A stretch of DNA of 64,000 bases from Raja brachyura (lineage: Eukaryota), in the NCBI GenBank assembly GCA_963514005.1, contig OY740799.1, positions 18,042,001-18,106,000 of the forward strand. Reading direction: 5' to 3'. A program made the position numbers and the translations under genes. The notes below the pieces were generated by a model, which had not been told where the DNA came from, ran no database searches, and saw only the letters and a program-made list of their open reading frames with translations. Of this stretch, positions 1 to 46,213 are shown one piece after another (position 1 is the first letter of the stretch; each line of letters starts with the position of its first letter).

Positions 1-1410
1 AATTATTCTTGAAGGCAGTGAGCTGCCACTTTCTCAAGGACAAATAGGAATTAGGCCGTAAATGCTGGCATTGCCACTAACCCAAGCCTGAAAATTATAT
101 ATTTTTAAAATTATATATTTCCAATTACCCTCAAGTGCTGGAATTGACACAGGTTATAATTATATATGCTTTGCTATTTTGAAAGCTATCGCAAATTTGT
201 TCTATCCAATCCCATTTGTCTAGGTTTTTTTTTAAATCAACATGCAGACAACTTTATTATTGCTCTAAACCTGGTTCTTTAAGTGTTGGATTTTTTGGTT
301 TTATCGTACCTTGACATTTGCAGTTTTTTTTTAATATGATGCATATACTTTATTTCCCCTCTTCCCCACCTACATCCTACAGGCTTTTTTTAATTGTGTG
401 ATTGATTTTTTTTTAATTCTCATCACTTAGAATGCATTTTTGTTTGAAGTTCTAATTGCTCTAACAGTCCGTTATTTCCAGCAGTTGAACCTCTAGTGAT
501 GAATTGTGTAACAAAATAAGGTGCACACAGACCTGTCGATGTGGAACACTCAAGTTCAATATCAAAATTGCTGATATCCTAATTTTTTAAATCTAATTGT
601 AAATCTATCTACCTCAGAAGTGTAAGGAATGCCCTTAAAACTGTAGCCTATTTGGTAGCTTGAACACATATTTAAATTATATCCACAAATATGAAATACT
701 AATTTATTCTCTATGGCACCCACTGTGTGTTGCAGATATCCTGCTGCCAAAGAGAATGTGCCTTAAGGAGCCTTATTTCAAGTGGAGCATAGCAAATATT
801 AAAAGTGTTGTCCTTTAGGAACAATACGTTTCTTGGTTTAAACTGCCCTAACTATCTTTAATTCTTTTTGGTCAATTGCACAATATTCACAGCAAAGGTT
901 CAGCACACCAAAAAATGGTGACATCCAATTTCTAGGTTAATGTTTTTAATTGATGCAGAGACTGGGGGGGCGGGGGAAAGCAAGAAAATCAAAGCAACTA
1001 AAAGGGGGGTGCTATTGTATTATTAGAACATACCCTTATTAAATAAACCATTTTAACGTTCCTTTGATTATGTTTTTGGAACCATTGAAATTAAGATAAT
1101 CAACAGGCATTGATTTTGTGAGGCATGACATTTGATCCCATATAATATCCAATCACTCTTGCATTTAATGCTAATCAGAGTATTATAAAGTTCTAAATAG
1201 AAATGTTATTACCGCATCCAGCTGTAATTTTATCTCTGTATTGCACTTGTTGGTGTTCCTGGATTATTTTGAGATATTAATATCCCAAGAATTTATGAAA
1301 TTATTTTTAATATCAGTTTTAATATAGATTTCTCTAGTTTAAAGATCATCTACCTGTTATATGTAGAATATGTTCAAGTACAACTGATGGTGCTCACTTA
1401 GTAATTTTAG

Positions 1411-36024
<34,614 letters not shown>

Positions 36025-37049
36025 CGGCATTCACCAACTTTCTTCATAGAGCTGACGATGTTTATCACGGACCCAGCACACTGGCAAACTCTCAAACATC
36101 AGGGGTATAAATCCAAGCCTCCAAGAATAGGCTATTTTTCACTCGAGTATGGTTAATGTTTGAACTTTTGCTTTTCTGCACTGTGTCTTTGGGAAAAGTA
36201 GTTTTTGTCTTTAGCAAGAGGTAGCTGACTCGGCTAAAACACCTAACATGTCTTGACGCTTTGTTTCTAGTATCGCCTGACCATCTCATGTTAAATTTCC
36301 TATCTGAAGGTGATAAGAATCTTTTTCATGCGTTTGGATATTTTTTGTACTTATTTATGAAAATTGTTTTAGCTGATGAGTATTAATATTGAAAGATAAC
36401 TGTGAGATGCTACTACTAAGGTAAGGAAGTAGCCGAGATATTGCAGAGCTGTACAATTGTAGCCAATAGGAAAGAAGCATTATTCTTGTAAAATCTGTAG
36501 ATTTTCCTGTAAAATAGCTTTCCATATAACACAGAAATGGGATTTAACCTATAATATTTTCATGAATGCCATGTGCTACGAGAATGCATGTTTTGAAGCT
36601 TATTTACGTACAAATGAGGCTGTATAAATTTTACATTTGTTGGCTCAGTTAAATATTGTGTTGCTGGATATTACGTGTTCATTAATGCCTTGTAAGTCAT
36701 TTTGCAGTCCAACCAGACTTTTAAAAAGTCCGATTTTAGTCCTTCAAAGGAGACTCAGCTGCAAACCTGCATTGTAATCACGGCAATTGTCCCCTAATTG
36801 TCTATCGTTATTTAAGAATTCCATAAGAACGTGTCCTTCAAAGGTTTAAATTATTTTTTTTTTTACTGTGCTTCAGCATCGTCAGGTATATATATCCAAG
36901 CAAAAGGTTTGTGATCTCCTGTACTAAAGCTGCAAAAGGAACAAAAAGGAAAACATTTTTCCATGTGCAGATTTAATATTTTGTCACAAAAAAAATTATA
37001 TGTTAAAATGTTTTGCTGTCAGTACAGAAATGATACTAATTGATGTGAA

Positions 37050-37055
37050 AATAAA
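37050..37055 (+). terminator. Candidate SRPK2 polyadenylation signal AATAAA (alternative ATTAAA at 37594-37599)
   Basis: Hexamers in repeat-free sequence 1.0-1.6 kb after the stop; the second is followed by GT-rich sequence. Confidence 0.45.
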
Positions 37056-38274
37056 AGTGAACGTGTCAAAACTTGTTTAAAATAACTTGCTGTATAGCAA
37101 ACCCTTCAGATTTGCATGAAAAGAAAATTGAACTTGGGTCTGTTTACAGCTTTGCTCTCTCAGCATTGGACAGTGGCACAACATATTGCACTGGTCTTTG
37201 TAGCTTTTTCAGGGATTAACAATGTAAATAGGGATTTTTTTTTAAAAGCATTGAATTCTTCAGATGTTAGTTTAAGTATTTGAGTTGCTGTGTGTAATGA
37301 AAAATTTATTAGATAGCAAATATTGTGGTCAAGTGCAATTCTGGCATGTTATATCTCATCAGTAGTGAGACTTTCTACTTGTCAGGTCCAAGTGTGCACT
37401 AACCTCTAAACAGTGAATGATGTGAAAGTGAACTGACTAGTTTTATTCCAATTGTCCACTTTAATTATGGTGCCACTATTTCTAAATCTACCAGTTACTG
37501 GTTTATCCATCTGCCTTTGCAATAACTAGATTGTGGATAAATATTTCTGGTATTGTAATAGTAGCAATTGTTTGAGGTGCTTGTGACTGTCTAATTAAAC
37601 TGTTTTGTTTCCAAGTCGTGTTGCTCATTGGAATGGCAAGATAATTTTACGATAATTATTTAGTTGCAGATAGGATGCTGTATTATTGTGGAATAATATT
37701 TAAATGCACAATGTATGCAGATTTGTTGACATTCAAACTATAATGCTTTTATTGCTCTGACTTTAAGCAACTGCCTTATTATCCACCAGGGAAGAAAAAC
37801 ATTTTGGAGCCTTATGCTCTTTTTTGACTTTCCACTCCCTTTGTGTTTCTCCTTTATTCTTGTCATCAGCACAGGATCTTTGCTAACTCTTTACACTTTG
37901 TAATATGGCATTTCTTAGCTCTCTACTCTTGGTTGAGAAAGCAGTCGTTGTTTGGTTCACCCACTGTTGTATGTTGGACATCTTGAAAGAATAAGTTGGA
38001 ATTTCTTCAGGTATTCCATAGCTTGTGAAGTTCAGTTTAATAATGATATTGGTATTCAGGTAGTTTTGATTTCAGAAATTAAGTTTTGTAAGTAGATATG
38101 AATTGTGTCCTCAGGATAATGTAAATTTGAGATTGTGCATGACCATTTACCGTTTTACCTCCAGTATGCCCGAATGCATGCATTTTAGGATATTGATTAA
38201 ACTAATTCACCCATGAAACTCTCTGAAATCAGGTTTCAATCCCTCCTAACAACTTAATAATCGTAACCAGTCAT

Positions 38275-38550
38275 GATTTGTTTAGTTTACATTTTGGTTT
38301 AAAGATAGTGTGGAAACAGACCCTTTTGGCCCACCAAGTCTGTGCTGACCAACTATCACTCGTACAGTAGTTCTATCCTATACACTGGGGACAATTTACA
38401 GAAACCTATTAACCTACAAACCGGCACGTCTTTGAAATGTGGGAGGAAACCAGAACACCCGGAGAAAACCCAGGCGGTCAGAGGGAGAACCTACAAACTC
38501 CATAAGACCAGGATCAGGCGTTGTAAGGCATCAGCTCCACCATTGTGCAC
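38275..38550 (-). mobile_element. tRNA-derived V-SINE (HE1-like)
   Basis: gtctttgaaatgtgggaggaaacc...ggagaaaacccaggcggtca core; (TTTAG)-like tail. Confidence 0.75.
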
Positions 38551-39970
38551 TCGTCATTTGAAGAGTGCCTGTACCTCTCCTCCAGCCTGTTTCTATTTGT
38601 AGCCTTATCATCATATCTTTCATCTTTGCCACATTCCTCTTTATCATCTTTATCATCTACGTTGCCAAAACATTGAGTCAGTTCTACTTATATACCGATG
38701 ATACTTCGCATTGCTTCTGTTAAATGAGCCACAATTTTTTAGTTAAATATTGTCCTTACCTCTGCCAGATTATATTCTTGGCTCAAGCTAAAACAGACCA
38801 GATTTGGTGCCCGTTTGATGCAATATTCTACCCACCACCATGCACGTGCCCGGAATTTTATCCTGATTTGCCACTGAAACCCACGTTCATATCTTTATCA
38901 ATTCCAAATTTGATTATTTTAATCTTGCTCTCACTGGCCTCCCACCCTCATTTTATGATTTAAATGCCTCTATTTAATTTTGCACAAGTCCTTATTCATC
39001 ACAGCTTGATGGCCTGGCCTCTATTTTGTTCTCCAGCACCTTGTAGTTAAATTCTTAATGTTTAAGAACCTTCAGAGTCCACTCCCTCATTCACAATAAC
39101 TGCATATGCTAAACATCTTTTGAAATGCTAGCAGGTTTGGTAACTAGATAAAATGAATGAGAGTTCATGTTTTAGGTGGAGCTTTTTCTTTTGCTTAATT
39201 TTAGGATGAATAATGCAATTATGCACTGCTTCGTAATTATTCAACTAAAATGAATTTAACTATGGATGTGCATAATGAAAGTATTATACTTGTGGAATAA
39301 AAACCTTTCATATATGTACATACTGAGCCTTTGGTAAGAAAGGAATTGAGTTGGTCTAGAGGGATATGGGCCACAAGTGGGTAATTGGGATATCTTGGAC
39401 AGAATGGACAAGTTGGGCCAATTACCCCATTTCTGTGCTGTGTGTCTCTAAACTTGGCCATCCAAAATTCTTACACCAAGTCCTGTTCACCCAGCACACC
39501 CTTTTCTATTGCTTAGCAAGAGCTATGACAAGCAAATTTAGAATTTTCACATTTCTATGTTCCTCCATGGTTATACACCTTCTCGCACATTTCTTTAAGC
39601 TTGAGTTAGCTAGGATCTTCCATTCCTTGGGCTCTTCAGCATCCCCAAGTGGAAGTGTTCCACTGAGGGTGGTTGGACCTTAATCCCTCCATGAACTGTC
39701 TCCCTCTTTAATACATGTTTTAAAACTTCCTTGATAAAATATTTGGTCCATCAAATTCCCGTGAATCAGATATTTGTGACGTGGCTCATTAAATAAATAC
39801 TTATTACAACATAGCAACTCAAAATGGCAAACATTTTTGGACCTAGCATTCTGAAAATTTCTCAAAGCTGCACTGTATTTTAGTGAGGAGATTGCAATGT
39901 ATTGATTTAACTATTGCGTTCGAGCAAAAACAGAAAATAGAGATGGCAAGTTTTCATTTTTATAAGAACA

Positions 39971-40535
39971 TCTCTATTATTATAAAACTCTGATCTTGGA
40001 TGTGGATGTATTTATTTGTGTGTGTCTTGTTTGTCTGTGATTCACATCTCAAAACATCTGAGAACACAACGCAAATGGTGAAATATTTACATATTCTGAG
40101 AGATTTACCTCATGATTTCAAAAATCACCTCATCTGAAAATATGATTCATTATTTCTTGTGTTTTTTAAATTAAAATTGTTCACAAATCTGAGATCTTTT
40201 TTAAAGCTGATGATGTCACAATGGCTCTGCTCCTCGCGGCCAGCTGTGCAGTTTTAAAAGCGCAGCCTGCTGGCCCGTTTTTGCATGCACTGCGAGTTAC
40301 GTTAACCCCCCCCCTCCCCCGCATGACTCGCCGTCATTTTGCCGCCTCCCGCTCACAGTCAACTCGCGCTCGGCCGGCCGTCCGCAGGGCAGATCCCACA
40401 CGGGCTCTGGATTGAAGCCGCTGAACACGCAGTAATTTGGTCCTTCAGAGGTCCTGAGGCACATCACCCATTCGCTGGGTTAAAGTCCCCCCTCTCCCCT
40501 CCCCTCTATTCCTGTCTCTGCCTCACCCTCTCTGC

Positions 40536-40570
<35 letters not shown>

Positions 40571-40707
40571 ATAGGGTAAAAGGAATCAATGAATAATATT
40601 GGGGGTGGTCAGTGTGTGTGTGACACCGCAGCCTCCCCCCTCCCCCCTCCAGCAACTGCGCATTTAGGGGACAGGACCCAACTGGTCCCCCCCCCCCCCC
40701 GGTCTAG
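39971..40707 (+). mobile_element. Non-autonomous Helitron
   Basis: A|TC 5' end (TCTCTATTATTATAAAA), GC hairpin GGACCCAACTGGTCC near the 3' end, CTAG|T terminus, no TSD, internal (GA)n. Confidence 0.7.
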
Positions 40708-40769
40708 TAATCTATAAAAGGCAAGCCGTCTAAATGAAAGAAGGCGCATGAGGGAAAGAGAAACGGGAG

Positions 40770-41330
40770 CAGATTACAAACCAAAAACAGGATGGTGTAA
40801 AAACTAAGCAGGTCAAGTAACAGCAGAAGTGGTGGCAAGACGCGTCAACATTTCAGGATAATCCCCTGCATCAGGGCTGAGAAGGAAGAACGATTCTAGT
40901 ATATAGCAGTTTGGGGATGGAATTTTGTATGTGTAGGTGAAACCAAATTAGAGGGATTAAGCAGATGAAACCAAGGGAGGAAGGAGGGAATGGGACAAAG
41001 GTGGAATTAGGTGGGAAAGGTGAATATACACAGAAGAAAACAAGGTGGACTTCCATAAGGTAAATCAACATTCATCCCATCGAGTTAAGATATCCAAGGA
41101 AAATAGGAGAGTGTTCTTTCAATTTGTTTGGTCTCAGTAGCAAAGGAGAGTTCTGCAGAACTCTCACATAGTCTACAGTTGGTTTCACTAATGTAGATGC
41201 AAGATCGTGAGCAAAGAATGCAATTTTGTCTCTCGGAAGGCGTGGTAGGTCCCTGGTTGGTGGTGAGGGAGGTAAAGTGAAGTGAAAGGTTGCCAGTGAG
41301 GGGGGTTTGAGCACAGCTGCATTTAAGACT
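40770..41330 (-). mobile_element. Degraded Penelope-like fragment
   Basis: Inverse similarity to the 3' part of 32845-34460. Confidence 0.45.
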
Positions 41331-42605
41331 ATTCAGAGTGCAGTATTACAAATAATGAATAATTAGTTTATAGTGAAAGGGCACTTAGCTATTATTTATT
41401 CCTTAAGTAATAGATCGCCAAGGCTGAGGAATAGAAGTGTAATGTATTAAATCAAAATCTTTAATACGTTACTCATGACTTGTGGTAAGAGCATGCTCTG
41501 CCAGATAGCATTGTGTGCCTGTGTCTCATTCTTGTTATACTTCTGAAAAGCCTTCTTCATTATTTTGTATGATTGTGTGTTACACACTTGGGGGGGATAA
41601 ATATTACACTCGACCCCAAGGCCTCACCTTTTCATCACTTAGGCTTTTGTAGACTAATTAGTGTCTTACCCAAATTGTGATATTCTGCAACGGCAGGCTT
41701 AACTGCAAAGGGTTGGTGTGGTTAGTTTCATCATGGCTGCTCCCAGCGTTTCTGGCCACCATCTCAGCTGCTTCTTGGGCGTCTTGACCTCTCAAACCCA
41801 GACCTCAGATTCACCTGTTGATACAGCAGACCCTGAAAGCCAATCAGATCCCTAGACTAGAGCAATCATTGCTATTACCTTGTGGGATGTGTACTAGGAA
41901 GAAACTGTTATTAAGTTTAAATCACTTCTGACGTGTTTTTAAGGGCTTAATTTCTTCTTGTTAAAGTTGTAAATTTGCACTATCTCCAGCATATCCTCCC
42001 CACCAAAACAAAATTTACTGCCCTTTGTAAAACTAATGCAAAAGACAATTACTGTTCTGGGATTTCTCCTGCATCTTTTGGAATATTTCTACCTGTATTA
42101 AATTCACCATGCAGTGAATGGGATTTTCCCTCCGAAACAGTGACTTCAGCTGAGGTTTAAAAATTGATGAGTCACTGTAAAGTAACCAAACAAAAATGGT
42201 GCATTTCCTTTACTTAGTCATATAATATGATATCCGTAAGTGCCTCTGAAACACATTGCTGGAAGTTAAATGTAGAAATTGAATTAACGAGTACCAACCT
42301 TTGGCTGATTTGGAAGCTTTCTGTGAATTCTCTTTTAATGTTTTGGGGTTCAATTGCCAAGAAGCAATTAATTGGGAATTGAAGCACGGAGAGCAGCTGA
42401 AGGAACTCAGTGGGTCTAGCAACTGGACATACATTTTGGGTTGAGTGCTCATTTTCCTCCACAGACGCTGGCTGAGTTTCTCCAATGCTCTTCCTTTCTC
42501 GCTGCAAATTGCAGCAGCTCCAGTGAAAAATGGATTCCTTAGTTTGCAGATCAATTCAAAGTACAAGCCATATAAGCAGGATACAAAGTAAATTTAAGAA
42601 ATAAA

Positions 42606-42692
42606 GAAGGGTTTCGACCCGAAACGTTGCCTATTTCCTTCGCTCCATAGATGCTGCCTCACCGCTGAGTTTCTCCAGCATTTCTGTCTACC
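42606..42692 (+). mobile_element. Short Penelope pLTR-end insertion with imperfect TSD
   Basis: gaagggtttcgacccgaaacgttgcc...gagtttctccagca flanked by ttaagaaataaa / ttaagaaaataaa. Confidence 0.65.
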
Positions 42693-43658
42693 TTAAGAAA
42701 ATAAATGATCAATTTTATTTTCTTAAATGATCAATTTTAGTTGAACTTTTATAAAGCGTACAAAAATCATATTTGGAACACTATAATTCTTGTGCTTGAA
42801 AGTACCCGTGACATACTGCAGAAACTAACAACAAGAGGTAGTGGATGCCTCTCATAGTTACAAATTTAGCTTGTACACTTCTTGAAATACCTTTGAAATT
42901 AGGAGCCAATTTAGGAGCCAATATTCTTAATACAGCCAATATCCAATTCATACTCTGGAAAACCCATTGGATGTGTTGCATATAGTTTTTCCCCCAAAAT
43001 AAAACCAAACCATTTAGATTGTTGGTAAAGTTAGAATTAGATAAAACCAAACAATTCCAGATTTAAAATTTCAATGCATCTTACACTATCCATACACATT
43101 TCTTAAATTCTGTTGAACACGCTTCAAAAATCCATTTTTTCCCCTTTGCTCTTTATACCCCCATTCTTATTGGGATATTTGAGGTATATTTTAACCTTCT
43201 GGTAACACACCAACAAAATGTTCCACATTTACTAAAAGTCAGTGTATTCCTTGGCATCTGAGTTGTTGTGGAAAAAAAAGTGTAATAAATCTATACTTGT
43301 ACCATACAGAATGATGGAGGTAGGCACAGCAGTTGAAAAGTCTCAAAATATGATTATTGACATCTTGTTCATACAAACCTGTGTCATTTAGCATCTGACA
43401 GCACATTACCTTATTAGAGCAAGGTGTTTCCATCTCCTTCCCTAATCATTTAGGTTCACTACCAATGGCAAGATCAAGAATTAAGCAAATAAATGAAATT
43501 CCAAGAAATGTAAGAATAAATATTACTCTAGTGCATTTCTGCAACCTCATAATAACAATAAATGTTAGTACAACATCCGAAGATTGCAGGGTCTTGATAT
43601 ACAACAACAAAATCCTAAATCCACATTTGTCATTTGTAAAAAATGCAGTTTACTGTGA

Positions 43659-43664
43659 TTTATT
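43659..43664 (-). terminator. Candidate KMT2E polyadenylation signal AATAAA
   Basis: TTTATT on + about 0.8 kb past the stop; other candidates at 44349-44354 and 42714-42719. Confidence 0.4.
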
Positions 43665-44464
43665 AACATGGATTAAAATGCCCAACCAGTGCTGTAATGT
43701 GACAGTATTTTTTAAAATTAAAATTCTTATACTAAGCTCACAAAGAACATACACATCTTTTTGCAAAGGGACTCAAATTTACAACAGTATTCAAAAATGG
43801 GACAGAAGCATTGGCAAGTTTTTTTTTACAAAGGAAAAAGTAAATACACAATTATTTACATAACATCTGCAGAAATTGGAAATAATCTATACATTAAATT
43901 ACTTTCCTACAAATAACCAATAAAGTAAAAGAACCACTCTGCAATGTCTCAAAACCAATATTGCATTGTTCTGCTATAGTTTAATAGTATACAAAAAAAG
44001 TTTTACTACAGAAAGGAAAGGAACAAAAATGTAAATTGCTTGAGTGCCAACACTCCTTAGAAGTGCAGATATATTTAACATACTTGAATAAAAAAATTTA
44101 TACAAAACATTCAATAAATGCATTTTTAAATGCAACAATAAAATACTAAATTACAATTTTGAGCCATCCTGTGCACTATAATATCAGTAAGGGTGGCTGG
44201 AATGTCCACTTACAAAATAAAATCTGAAAATGTTTTTCGTCCCACTGGCTTCACAAACATATATATACACAACTCCAACAGGAGTAAAATGTTCTTAAGA
44301 ATCAAAAACTGTTGTGAAAGACAAACAAAGATAAGCACTGGTTTTAAGTTTATTACAATGTCTAACTTACAAGTCTTAAGAAGTATCTTTAAAAGATACA
44401 ATACATAAAATATTTACATCTTATTTTACAGAATAATGTTCTAATCGGTTTGCACAACCCCATT

Positions 44465-46213
44465 TCAGTGCCATCCTGAGCTGTGAAAATTATTTTGCTG
44501 GAAAGATGGTGGCAATTGTGATCTGGGAACAGAAATTTGTGGGGGTAATGCAGGCATCTGTTTAAGTCCTTGACCTGCATGTGGAAGTGATACTACACCG
44601 GAGGATGGAGGATGGAATCCTGGGCTTGCCAGTGCCACAATATTATTTGCTCCTTGAGGCTGGTGATGAGAGCCTTGCCTTGGCAGTGGATGGTGAGATC
44701 CTGATCCCGCAGGTGGAAGTGGAGATCCTAGATGATGCGTAGGATGGTGACCCAAAGTTTGATGGGCCCCTGATGGCAGGTGATGTGGTCCTTGAGAAGT
44801 TGAATGATGAGATGTTAGTCCAGGGGGAACATGATGTCCCACGCCATGAACTGGCGGTGGTGGTGGTGGCGGCGGTGGTGGAGGAGGAGACGGTGCTGCT
44901 GAATTAAGTGCAAGTTGATGGGATGTTGTAGTTCCAGATGCTGGTAGACATTGCAGTCCAGTTACAGATGGTGGTTGATGGTGATGAGATGTTGGCCCTG
45001 GCGGTGGATGATGTCCTGAAGTCTGAGCATGTAGTAATTGCCCTTGTGTTGGTGGTACTGGATGGACTGTACTTTTTACATGTGGCAATGTTGGCGGGTG
45101 TTGGGCCTGTCCTTGAGGTGGTGGATGGTGTGAACCTGGAAGAGGCGGATGATGTGGTCCTGATCCAGGTGACTGCGACAATGGAGGGTGTGGCTGTGTT
45201 GCCGGTGCCGAGGAAGAATGATGCAGACCGGAATTCGCAGATGGAGGATACTGCCCTGCAGATGGTGCATGATGTACAGAAGCAGCTACTGCTGATTGTG
45301 ATGCAGAACCTGGAGATTGTGGAGGACCTTGGTGTAAAATAGTCCCAGGAGAAGACTGAAGTAAACTAGATCCAGGCAAAGTTTGGGTAGGACTTGGTGC
45401 AGGAGAAAATGCTCCTTGCTGGAGAACATTTGTTCTCGGCTGACTGAAACTTTGAAAGTTCCCAGAAGGTTGCTGGTTTTGATAGTACGTGGGTGGTGGT
45501 GGTGGTGGTGGTGGCGGTGGTGGAGGTGGCGGAGGTGGAGGTGGCACACTGTTGCTTGAATGTTGCTGGCTGAACTGACTCATACTAGGTTGATGACCTG
45601 ATGATGTTGTAGATGAAGAATAAAATGTTGCACTTGTCTGTTGCTTTTGTGCTAAATTCCCAGGCTGTGTTGCTTGATAGTATACTTGCCCCACAGTGAC
45701 AGGGGTTAAAAAAGATCCTCGATGTGATGGGGCTTGTGCGGTTCCCATCTGAGGTGACTGTGAATGAATTGTCCTGTAGGATGATCCCAGATGCTGTGTC
45801 TGTGACTTTGGTGAATGCAACAGCGTCTGAGGCTGCGATTGAGAACTTGATGGAAGATAGTTGGACAGTCCAGGTGCATGAGGGGCTGGGGATTTCATAA
45901 TTTTCTCAGAATGTGATGGAAGCACAGGACACTGAGTTTTCAACGGAAGTTGTGTCGGCTGAGAATTGGATGGTTTTACTGAAATTTGGGATTGTAATGG
46001 ACATGGATGTTGTGAATAATGTGGATTTCCAGATTGGGTGGTAAAATTAATTTTTGTTATTGGCTGGGATAAATTGAGCTTCTGTTGTGCCTCAGGTTTA
46101 GATTGATTCAGATTAGAAGTCTCAATTATATTATTTGTATTCTCTACTTGGGAAGTCTTCACCTGCAACTTTACTTGGGATTGGGATGAAATCGGAGACG
46201 ACGACGGACAAGG
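44465..46213 (-). CDS. KMT2E: KMT2E last coding exon (Pro/His/Gln-rich tail)
   Basis: caacag acceptor; in frame with ORF 44465-46168; ends SGWH*. Confidence 0.93.
   Translation of the reverse strand, partial: PCPSSSPISSQSQVKLQVKTSQVENTNNIIETSNLNQSKPEAQQKLNLSQPITKINFTTQSGNPHYSQHPCPLQSQISVKPSNSQPTQLPLKTQCPVLPSHSEKIMKSPAPHAPGLSNYLPSSSQSQPQTLLHSPKSQTQHLGSSYRTIHSQSPQMGTAQAPSHRGSFLTPVTVGQVYYQATQPGNLAQKQQTSATFYSSSTTSSGHQPSMSQFSQQHSSNSVPPPPPPPPPPPPPPPPPPTYYQNQQPSGNFQSFSQPRTNVLQQGAFSPAPSPTQTLPGSSLLQSSPGTILHQGPPQSPGSASQSAVAASVHHAPSAGQYPPSANSGLHHSSSAPATQPHPPLSQSPGSGPHHPPLPGSHHPPPQGQAQHPPTLPHVKSTVHPVPPTQGQLLHAQTSGHHPPPGPTSHHHQPPSVTGLQCLPASGTTTSHQLALNSAAPSPPPPPPPPPPPPVHGVGHHVPPGLTSHHSTSQGPHHLPSGAHQTLGHHPTHHLGSPLPPAGSGSHHPLPRQGSHHQPQGANNIVALASPGFHPPSSGVVSLPHAGQGLKQMPALPPQISVPRSQLPPSFQQNNFHSSGWH

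Noticed and set aside
44938-45549. Overlapping antisense and alternate-frame ORFs in the KMT2E last exon
   Set aside because: Expected shadows of low-complexity Pro/His codons
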